NCBI GenBank assembly: GCA_036149055.1
Contig: JAYZQJ010000132.1
Span: forward strand, 1-24,653
Direction: 5' to 3'
Source: Myxococcota bacterium
GTDB taxonomy: Bacteria > Myxococcota_A > Polyangia > Polyangiales > Sandaracinaceae
DNA length: 24,653 bases
Every line of letters begins with the position of its first letter. The first letter of the stretch is position 1. A program made the translations under genes and the position numbers. The notes beneath the pieces are model-generated. The model was not told where the DNA came from. It did not search any database and was given only the letters and a program-made list of their open reading frames with translations. Positions 7,917 to 14,974 of the stretch are shown in pieces.

Positions 7917-8596
7917 GGGACCACCTCCACGGTGTCGGCGTCGATGACGCGGGCGCGGAGGCCGCCGCGCGTCTGCAGGTTCTGGACACGGATCACGTCG
8001 CCGACCCGCCCAGGCTGGCGGGCCACCCCGGGCGCGCTCGCCTCGACCGCGCCGAAGCGCGCGACCACCCGGACCCGTCGGCCGGGCGCGACGATCGGCG
8101 CCGGGCACGACACCCGGGCCTGGGCCGGCACCCGGACCTCGCGGCCCCCGGCGCGGAGCACCACCACCACCGCCGCCGCGCCCGAGCTGCGCGGGGCGGC
8201 GCCCTCGGCCTCCACCTCGAGCGGCCCCTGGGCCACCGTCGCGTCCCCGCGGACCGTCAGATCGTCGACGGTGCAGGGCGCGAGCGTCTGCCGCACCGCG
8301 GCCCGCGACAGCTCCGCGAGCGCCTCGGCGTCGAGCGCCCGGGCCTCGCGCCGGATCCGGGTGGAGCGCGGGATGGCGAGCCCGCGCGGATCTCTGCCGG
8401 CCCGCCGGAGCGCGGCCAGCACCTCGCTCCGGCGCACCGTGCGGGAGGCCCCCGGCGGCGGCGCGGCCCCGATCGGGAGCTGCCCGAGCTCGGTCCCGGC
8501 GAGCGCGGGGATCACCTCCCCGAGCTGGATCTGCTCCTGCGCGAGCGCGACGCCCGGGAGGGCGAGGAGCGTCAGCAGGACGACGAAGAAACGCAT
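7913..8596 (-). CDS. flgA: Flagellar P-ring formation chaperone FlgA
   Basis: Signal peptide MRFFVVLLTLLALPGVALA; C-terminal GVARQPGRVGDVIRVQNLQT...LRARVIDADTVEV; immediately upstream of flgH with a GTGA overlap. Confidence 0.85.
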   Translation of the reverse strand: MRFFVVLLTLLALPGVALAQEQIQLGEVIPALAGTELGQLPIGAAPPPGASRTVRRSEVLAALRRAGRDPRGLAIPRSTRIRREARALDAEALAELSRAAVRQTLAPCTVDDLTVRGDATVAQGPLEVEAEGAAPRSSGAAAVVVVLRAGGREVRVPAQARVSCPAPIVAPGRRVRVVARFGAVEASAPGVARQPGRVGDVIRVQNLQTRGGLRARVIDADTVEVVP

Positions 8597-8608
8597 GCCC
8601 CGACCCAC

Positions 8609-8624
8609 AGCACCGCCCGTGCCA
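8609..8624 (-). promoter_or_regulatory. Sigma54 (-24/-12) promoter of the flgA operon
   Basis: Minus strand TGGCACGGGCGGTGCT against consensus TGGCACGRNNNTTGCW: one mismatch and correct GG-N10-GC spacing. Confidence 0.7.
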
Positions 8625-8770
8625 CCGCCCGCCCCTCCCGAAAACCGGGCCGTTTCGCCCCCGATCCCCCCGCCCGTCAGTCATCCCCCTGGCGATCCGC
8701 CGGAGCGTTGACGCCCCCCTCCCCGGTCGCGGCGTGGCTCCGGCGGGCCGAGCCCAACCGCGTTCTCGCC

Positions 8771-8940
8771 AACTCGAATCGGCAGAGCTGACACGCGAGG
8801 GTGCGAGCGGCGCGATCCGAGCGGCGCGACGGCGGCACCGATCTCTGCCGATTCGAGTCGCGGCGCCCTTCGTGGCGTCGACTCGCGCCGTGGTGACGCC
8901 TGCTCGATCGGGCGGCCGGCGATCTCTGCCGATTCGAGTC
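8771..8940. repeat. Distal cluster of three 20-bp REP-like repeats
   Basis: AACTCGAATCGGCAGAGCTG at 8771 (reverse); GATCTCTGCCGATTCGAGTC at 8840 and 8921 (forward). Same family as the copies around the RAYT gene. Confidence 0.9.
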
Positions 8941-9043
8941 GCGCCCCGCCCGCGCTGGCTCCGGCGGACCGAGGCTGCCGTGGGTTGACGCCCGGCCACG
9001 CTCGACCCTTGACGCGTTCGGCTGCGGCCCGAAGGTGCGCCGC

Positions 9044-10312
9044 ATGTCGCAGCGGAACGAGAAGCCGGGTCCGAGCAACGCAACCCTCGTGGCTGGCGCC
9101 GGGCTGCTCACGATGCTGGCGGTCCTCCTCGCCAGCTGCGGCGGCGCTCGGGAGCCGTCGCCACCGACTCCGGGCGGCGATCGACTGACTCGGAGGCTCG
9201 ACCGCGTGCTCGAGGCCGCGGTGGAAGAGTGTCGCGTCGTCGGCGCGGTGCTCCTCGTGTCTCGAGACGGTGAGCTCGTCTATCGCCGCGCCGTCGGCTG
9301 GGCCGACCGGGAGCGACGGCTCCCGCTGCGTGAGGACGCGCTGTTCAGGTACGCGTCGGTGACCAAACCATTCGTGGCGACCGCGGCGCTCGTCCTCGTT
9401 CGACGGGGCGCCCTGTCGCTCGAGGATCCGGTGGATCGATACCTGCCCGACTTCCGTCCGCGGCTCCCGGACGGCAGCACGCCTCCCATCTCGATCCGAC
9501 ACCTCCTCACGCACACCAGCGGGCTCGGGTACTCCTTCTCGGAGCCCGACGGCGGGCCCTACCACGAGGCGGGAGTGTCGGATGGTCTGGACGCCCCCGG
9601 GCTCGCCTTCGAGGAGAACGCGCGGCGACTGGCGACGGTGCCTCTGCTCGCGCGACCCGGCACCGCGTTCAACTACTCCCTCTCGACCGACGTCCTGGGA
9701 GAGGTGGTGGCGCGCGCCCACGGCACTTCACTGCCCGAGGCGGTGACCGAGCTGGTCCTTCGTCCGCTCGGCCTGGCGGCGGCACGTTTCCACGCCCATG
9801 GCGCGGCCGACTTGGTGGTGCCTTACGCCGACGGCGACGACTGCCCCGTGCGAATGGAAGAGGGACACCGGGTGCCCTTCGGCGCGTCGGCGCTGGTGTT
9901 CTCGCCGCGACGCGCGCTCGACCCGCGGTCGTATCCCTCGGGAGGCGCCGGAATGCTCGGCACCCCAGGAGAGCTCATGACGCTGCTCGAGGCGCTCCGC
10001 GTCGGCGACGAGCGGCTGCTCCCCCGCGACACCGCTCTCGGCGCTCTTCGAGACCAGCTCTCGGACAGCGACACCTCCTGGCTCGGCGAAGGGATGGGGT
10101 TCGGGTACGTGGGCTCGGTCGTAACCGACCCGCGCGCGGCGGGCCGCGACGTCAACGCCGGCACCGTGCAGTGGGGCGGGGTCTACGGCCACTCCTGGTG
10201 GATCGACCCCGTGTCCCGGCGCACGGTGGTCCTCATGACGAACACCACGCTGGAAGGAATGTCGGGGCAGCTCGCCAGCGACGTGGAGGCCGCAGCGCTG
10301 TCCCGCGACTGA
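9044..10312 (+). CDS. Serine hydrolase, family VIII esterase / class C beta-lactamase-like, probable lipoprotein
   Basis: SxxK (ASVTKP), LLTHTSGL, PG..FNYS, SGGAGM, WGG motif; lipobox VLLASC. ATG 9044 preferred over GTG 9035. Confidence 0.9.
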   Translation: MSQRNEKPGPSNATLVAGAGLLTMLAVLLASCGGAREPSPPTPGGDRLTRRLDRVLEAAVEECRVVGAVLLVSRDGELVYRRAVGWADRERRLPLREDALFRYASVTKPFVATAALVLVRRGALSLEDPVDRYLPDFRPRLPDGSTPPISIRHLLTHTSGLGYSFSEPDGGPYHEAGVSDGLDAPGLAFEENARRLATVPLLARPGTAFNYSLSTDVLGEVVARAHGTSLPEAVTELVLRPLGLAAARFHAHGAADLVVPYADGDDCPVRMEEGHRVPFGASALVFSPRRALDPRSYPSGGAGMLGTPGELMTLLEALRVGDERLLPRDTALGALRDQLSDSDTSWLGEGMGFGYVGSVVTDPRAAGRDVNAGTVQWGGVYGHSWWIDPVSRRTVVLMTNTTLEGMSGQLASDVEAAALSRD

Positions 10313-10356
10313 GAGACCCGGGGAGGCACTTGCCCTCGCCCCAAGACGGACGCAGA

Positions 10357-10392
10357 ACCGCCGCCGTCGACGCGGGGGTCGACGGCGGCGGT
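10357..10392. terminator. 15-bp stem hairpin between convergent genes
   Basis: ACCGCCGCCGTCGAC-GCGGGG-GTCGACGGCGGCGGT perfect inverted repeat between the stops at 10312 (+) and 10410 (-); no U-tract. Confidence 0.6.
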
Positions 10393-10409
10393 GTGGGCGC
10401 GCGGGCCGC

Positions 10410-11174
10410 TCAGGCCTCGATGGGCTCGGGGCCCACCGGCTCCGGCTCGACCGGCTCCGGCTCGACCGGGTCGACGTCGGTGACCACGTCGTCGTCGACG
10501 AGGATCTCGACCTCGGTGCCGTCGGAGCGGCGCGCGCGGCGGAGGAAGCCGAGGGAGCGGAGGACGCGGCGGTCGCGGATGACGACGCGCGCGATTCCGC
10601 TCCACTCGAGGTACCAGTTCCAGGCGCGGTCCTCCGCCTCCTGCACCGCTTCCGGCGTCTTGCGCGCCAGCGGATCACGCGTCGCCGGCACGGTGCCGAC
10701 CCGGGCGACGAGGGCCCGCGCCGCGGAGACCACGTCCTCGGTGAGCCCCCGCGCGGTCAGCCGGGCCCGCGCCTCCTGCCCGCGCTCCAGCCCGCCCTCG
10801 TCGACCGGCTTCGCGACGGCCTCGAGGCGGTCGAGCAGGGTCATCACCGAGATGACGACGTCGGGCCCGGACGACTGGCTGAGGTTGCGGAACACGACCG
10901 CGTGCACCTCGGGGAAGTTGGTGCGGAGCACGACCTCCGCGATGGGATACCAGCGGTTCTCCCAGGCATCGATCTCGCCCAGCAGGGTGGGATCGACGCC
11001 CGGGGTGATGCCGAGGCGGCGGCCCGTCAGCTCGTGCAGGAGCCGCATGCCCTCCTGGCGGTCCGCCTCGGTGAAGCCGTGCGGAGCGAGCGCTCCCTGC
11101 ACGTGCTCGTTCCCGAGGCCGATGATGAAGCCGACGATCCGGCGCGCCTTCTCTCCGATGGAAAGGTTGCTCAT
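10410..11174 (-). CDS. Hypothetical alpha-helical protein, paralogue A (254 aa)
   Basis: ATG 11174 with a purine-rich RBS (GAGAGGGGG). Aligns end to end with 11595-12266 (HGFTEAD, WENRW.PI.EVVLRT, RGLTE, WYLEWS.IAR, SLGF). Acidic tail with EPEPV repeats. Confidence 0.85.
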   Translation of the reverse strand: MSNLSIGEKARRIVGFIIGLGNEHVQGALAPHGFTEADRQEGMRLLHELTGRRLGITPGVDPTLLGEIDAWENRWYPIAEVVLRTNFPEVHAVVFRNLSQSSGPDVVISVMTLLDRLEAVAKPVDEGGLERGQEARARLTARGLTEDVVSAARALVARVGTVPATRDPLARKTPEAVQEAEDRAWNWYLEWSGIARVVIRDRRVLRSLGFLRRARRSDGTEVEILVDDDVVTDVDPVEPEPVEPEPVGPEPIEA

Positions 11175-11293
11175 GGGCACCCCCCTCTCTCTGTTCGATG
11201 GGTCGAGTGGCGACCGAGGCCCCTCCTCCGCCGCCGTCACGCCCACCCTCATCGGAGCGCCGCGCCACCGGTTGCGTGGAGATCTCGCGGACT

Positions 11294-11453
11294 GACGCGC
11301 CCCCTCATTCCGGAGACGCGCCCCCTCATTCCAGAGACGCGCCCCCTCATTCCAGAGACGCGCCCCCTCATTCCGGAGACGCGCCCCCTCATTCCGGAGA
11401 CGCGCCCCCTCATTCCGGAGATGCGGCCCCTCATTCCCGAGACGCGCCCCCTC
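11294..11453 (+). repeat. 21-bp tandem repeat, 7 full units plus a partial eighth
   Basis: Unit GACGCGCCCCCTCATTCC(G/A)GA starting at 11294, 11315, 11336, 11357, 11378, 11399, 11420 (variant) and 11441 (partial). Confidence 0.97.
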
Positions 11454-11550
11454 GAGGGGCGCACCGAGCGATCGAGGGGGCGCTCGTCTCGAATCGGGGG
11501 GCGGGCGTCTCGCGATCGGGGGGCGCATCCGCGGAATCGGGGGGCGCACC
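11454..11550 (-). repeat. About five degenerate inverted copies of the same 21-bp unit
   Basis: (G/A)ATCG(A/G)GGGG(G)CG cores near 11471, 11492, 11514 and 11535, plus GAGGGGCGC at 11454, period about 21-22. They match the reverse complement (GAATGAGGGGGCGC) of the left array. Confidence 0.8.
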
Positions 11551-11594
11551 GCTCGACCACGCAACCAGGCCGGCGGGGTGGCGATGGGGGGTCG

Positions 11595-12266
11595 ATGGCG
11601 AAGCTCCGAGTCCCCCAGAAAGCGCAGCGCGTGCTCGAGCTCCTGATCGGGCTCGGCCACCCGCAGGTCCGCGACGCGCTCGCCCGCCACGGCTTCACCG
11701 AGGCCGACCTCGACGACGGGTGGGCCCGCCTGCGGGCCCTCTCGAGCGTCACCAACCTGCTCGCGCCCGAGCTACCGAGCGCGCAGCTGGTGGCGGACCT
11801 CGACGGGTGGGAGAACCGGTGGTTCCCGATCGTCGAGGTCGTCCTGCGCACCCATCACCCCCGCGCGCGGGAGCTCGTCTTCCACAACCTCCGCCAGACC
11901 GAGGGCTCCGAGGTCGTCGTCTCCGTGGCCATCCTGCTCGATCGCATCGACGCGCTCCCCCGCCCGCCGGCCGAGGGTGGGCTGGGCGAAGAGGGCCGTC
12001 GCGCCCGCGAGCTGCTGCGCACCCGCGGCCTCACCGAGGAGATCACCGGGAGCGCCCGCGCGCTGCTCGCCCGCGTCGGCGCGCCCCCGCCCACCGGCGA
12101 CCGCGCCCGCGCCTCACGCGAAGCCCGCGCCGCCGCCGAGCAGCACCTCTGGAGCTGGTACCTCGAGTGGAGCGCGATCGCGCGCGCCGCGATCCAGGAC
12201 CGCCGCCTCCTCGCCTCGCTGGGCTTCCGGCGGCGAGGCAAGCCAGCCCGCGGCGACGCGACGTAG
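11595..12266 (+). CDS. Hypothetical alpha-helical protein, paralogue B (223 aa)
   Basis: ATG 11595 (MAKLRVPQKAQR), G-rich RBS; about half of the residues identical to paralogue A by manual alignment. Confidence 0.85.
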   Translation: MAKLRVPQKAQRVLELLIGLGHPQVRDALARHGFTEADLDDGWARLRALSSVTNLLAPELPSAQLVADLDGWENRWFPIVEVVLRTHHPRARELVFHNLRQTEGSEVVVSVAILLDRIDALPRPPAEGGLGEEGRRARELLRTRGLTEEITGSARALLARVGAPPPTGDRARASREARAAAEQHLWSWYLEWSAIARAAIQDRRLLASLGFRRRGKPARGDAT

Positions 12267-12357
12267 CTCGGCGCGCGATCCGGGGCTTCCGGAGGCGGCG
12301 AGTCGCAGCCCTACCCGGCGCTCTTCGGCCCCAGGTCGTGCGCGACCGCGCAGCACC

Positions 12358-12750
12358 GACTCGAATTGGCGGAGATTCACGCCCCGGCGATGTCAGCTCG
12401 ACTGAGGGGCTACCGTTCGCTGCGCTCCGGACGGATCCGTGTGGCGGCTCCGGTCAGCCCTCCTGGAAGCCCACCGCGGCCCGCTCGAGGAGGCCCACGC
12501 GTCCCTGCAACTCGATTGGGCAGAGCTCGGTGACCAGGTGCGCATCGACGACTTCAGCTCGAGTGGGCGATCACCGATCTCTGCCGATCCATGTCGCGCA
12601 GCGTCCTCGACCATCGGCGGTGGCGCCCGTGGCCGAGCCCGCGGGCAGAGGCACGGCGGCCGTCACTCCCCCGATTCGCGCGCACCGACGCGTACTCGAC
12701 CCGTCTCGACTCGGCAGTGATCCCGGGCCGCGCTCGGTCCGGCAGAGATC
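12358..12750. repeat. REP-like repeat cluster downstream of RAYT
   Basis: Reverse copies at 12358, 12509, 12703 and 12731; forward copy at 12576; degenerate forward near 12663. More diverged than the upstream cluster. Confidence 0.8.
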
Positions 12751-12820
12751 CCCGCGGTCCCGCCGGGGCAGCTGGCGCCGGGCAGATCTCGCCGCGCTCC
12801 GCGGCCCCCCGCTGAACAGA

Positions 12821-13528
12821 TCAGGCGGCCTTCTTGGCGGGGGGACCCGGGCGTCGGGCCGGGTCGAGGCGGCCGCCCGCGCGCCGCCAGCCGACCGACA
12901 GGAGCCAGGTCTCGGGAGGCTCGGCCGGAGAGTCGCGCGACGGGAGCATCGAGAGCGTGGTGTGCACCGCGACATTCCACCCGGTGAAGAAGATGCCGCT
13001 GCTGAGCGGGTCGGCCCACCGCGGATCGTCGGGGGCGACGCCGTGACGCCGGGCGTTGCCCAGCACATAGGCGATCGCGTTGCGCACCGCGCGAGGGCTG
13101 CGCAGCGCGCGGCTGTGGTAGCGGTCGGCGAAGACCGCGCCCTTGCGACGCATCACGCGGTTCACCATGCGCGCGATCCGCACGCAGAGGCCCTGCATGC
13201 CCCGGGCGAGCATCTCCGCGTCGTCCGCCTCGACGAGCATGTGGATGTGATCGCGCTGAAAGGAGAAGTGCACGATGCGCACGCCGCCCCGCGCGTTCGC
13301 CTTGCGAATGATCTCCCAGAGCCGGGTGGCGAGGCGGCGCCCGCGCAGGCTCCAGATCTCGCGCTTCACCTTCAGGGTGACCAGCACCGGGTGCCGGGCC
13401 GCGAAACGCTCACGCGTCTCGTGCGGGACGCCCGCCTTCTCGCCCTTGGGCTTGCGCCCCGCCCCGGGCCGCGCGCCGCCGTGGGAGACGTACACGAAGC
13501 TGACCTGCTTCTGCTTTCGCCGTCGCAT
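12821..13528 (-). CDS. REP-associated tyrosine transposase (RAYT/TnpA-REP, HUH Y1 family), 235 aa
   Basis: HUH motif FSFQRDHIHMLVE, GAVFADRYHSRAL, catalytic-Tyr helix AIAYVLGNARRHG, W.DP.SS; flanked on both sides by inverted 20-bp repeats; no tnpB. ATG 13528 chosen because the longer ORF runs into repeats. Confidence 0.88.
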   Translation of the reverse strand: MRRRKQKQVSFVYVSHGGARPGAGRKPKGEKAGVPHETRERFAARHPVLVTLKVKREIWSLRGRRLATRLWEIIRKANARGGVRIVHFSFQRDHIHMLVEADDAEMLARGMQGLCVRIARMVNRVMRRKGAVFADRYHSRALRSPRAVRNAIAYVLGNARRHGVAPDDPRWADPLSSGIFFTGWNVAVHTTLSMLPSRDSPAEPPETWLLSVGWRRAGGRLDPARRPGPPAKKAA

Positions 13529-13605
13529 GCCCGCACGGACGCGCGGCCGGATGCCCGACTGACGCCATTCACAAGAAAAGATGCACGCCACTTCGTTTTC
13601 CCGGA

Positions 13606-14964
13606 GAGCTCTGCCGATTCGAGTCTCGGGGGTCGAGGATCTCTGCCGAATCGACTTGCCGTCGGGCGCTCGATTCGGCCGGCGACGAGCTCGGGCGTGG
13701 CGCACGTGACCCCGGCGGAGCTGACTCGAATCGGCAGAGATTCAGCCGAGGGCGACCTCTGCTCGACGGCGCGCGAGCAAGGTGCCCGTGATCTCTGGCG
13801 TCTCGATTCGGCAGAGATGTCCCGACGGCATCCTCTCCTCATCGGGGAGCCGAGCGGCGAGTCAGAGCTCTGCCGATTCGAGTCGCCCGGCGCGCCAGGT
13901 CGACTGCCGAGCTCCGGCGCGTGGGCAGGTGCCCGTCATCTCTGAGGAGGTCTCGATTCGGCAGAGATCCCCCGACGGCCCCTCTCTCACCGAGGAGGCG
14001 AGCGGCGGTACGGATCTCTGCCGATTCGAGTTGCCCGGCGCGGCGGACCGATTTGCGGGCGCAGACCGGCGGGTGTTCTCGGCCAACTCGAAACGGCAGA
14101 GCTCAGGCATGGCGCGTCGCGCCGAGTCGCCGGAGGAGCGGCGCGCCGAGGCCACGCCGGCGGTCCTCCCCGCGCGGAGGTCGGGCGCCCGTCATCTCGG
14201 CCAACTCGAATCGGCGGAGAATCACGCTTCGGCTCGGCGTGGCGGGCGCGAGCGATCTCTGCCGATTCGAGTCGCGTGGCGTTCGGGTCCCATCCACAGG
14301 GCGGCTCCAGCGGCCGCCTGTGCGCGGAGCCACGGTGTCCAGCTCGCGAAGCAGAGACTCGCCCGAGGGCGTCTCTGCTCGAGCGAACGGGGGGCGCGCG
14401 CCTTGGCCACCGATCTTTGCCGATTCGAGTCCGCCGCGCGTGGCGGTCGGCTCTACGATGCCCGGGTGCATCGAACGCTCTACGGGCGACTCGATTCGGC
14501 AGAGATGCACGCCTCGGCGACGTCCGCTCGGCCGGAGGGCCTACTGCGCCCTACGATGAGGCGGTCTGGCCGGGTCGCCGAGGCGGCTCCAGGGCGGTCG
14601 AGCCTGCCGGAGGGACGAGCGGCCCGCTCGAAGAGTCCTCAGGATCTTTGCGACTCGAATGGGCAGAGATCTCGCGAGTCGTCCGAGACGAGGACCATCG
14701 TCCGCGCACGGAGGTGCGGAGCGACGAGATCAGCCCGATAAGCGCGAGCGGCGGCCACCGTTCTCTGCCGATTCGAGTCGCGCGGCGCTCCGGCTCGGCC
14801 GATGCGCGGGCGCGACTCGACGAGCCCATGCGGGACGTCTCGATTCGGCAGAGTTCCCGGGCCGGCGACCACGCGCGAGCTCGGGGCTCGATTCGGCAGA
14901 GATGCCCACGGTCCGCCGCGGGGCCGAGCTCCGCCGGTTCGTGCGAGATGAATCGGCAGAGATG
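13606..14964. repeat. 1.36-kb REP/REPIN-like array upstream of RAYT (17 clear and at least 2 degenerate 20-bp copies)
   Basis: Forward at 13606, 13638, 13865, 14013, 14254, 14412, 14760; reverse at 13723, 13800, 13950, 14085, 14203, 14488, 14652, 14837, 14885, 14945; degenerate at 13667 and 14341. Confidence 0.93.
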
Positions 14965-14974
14965 CCCCCCGGGC

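Noticed and set aside
105..9083. Long antisense or alternative-frame ORFs (105-1652, 1731-4364, 2014-4311, 4991-6805, 7242-8711 and the 5' extensions of flgH/flgI/flgJ)
   Set aside because: Shadows of real high-GC genes; true starts are defined by signal peptides, motifs and stop/start overlaps.
9044..10312. Bona fide AmpC beta-lactamase resistance gene
   Set aside because: Has YSL rather than YxN and WGG rather than KTG, which matches family VIII esterases.
11294..11453. CRISPR array
   Set aside because: Head-to-tail tandem units with no unique spacers.
10902..11690. Long N-terminal extensions of paralogues A and B through the tandem repeat
   Set aside because: The two proteins align from M11174 and M11595, each with an RBS; the extensions overlap each other and are low complexity.
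12821..13528. IS200/IS605 insertion sequence with TnpB/omega RNA
   Set aside because: No tnpB or iscB, and no single pair of subterminal hairpin ends; multiple flanking inverted repeats fit RAYT better.
13782..14872. ORFs across the REP array (e.g. 13782-14741, 13921-14559, 14103-14510)
   Set aside because: Translations are recurring REP-derived peptides (SIRQR, DLCRFES, SLPIRV, RLESAE) in Arg/Ala/Ser-rich noise; open frames are expected at this GC content.
13606..14964. CRISPR array or tandem guide-RNA (TIGR-like) array
   Set aside because: Repeats are 20 bp, occur in both orientations, have very uneven spacing (about 10-145 bp), and some spacers are homologous to each other. No cas or Nop-domain gene is in the window; the adjacent HUH transposase explains them as REPs.
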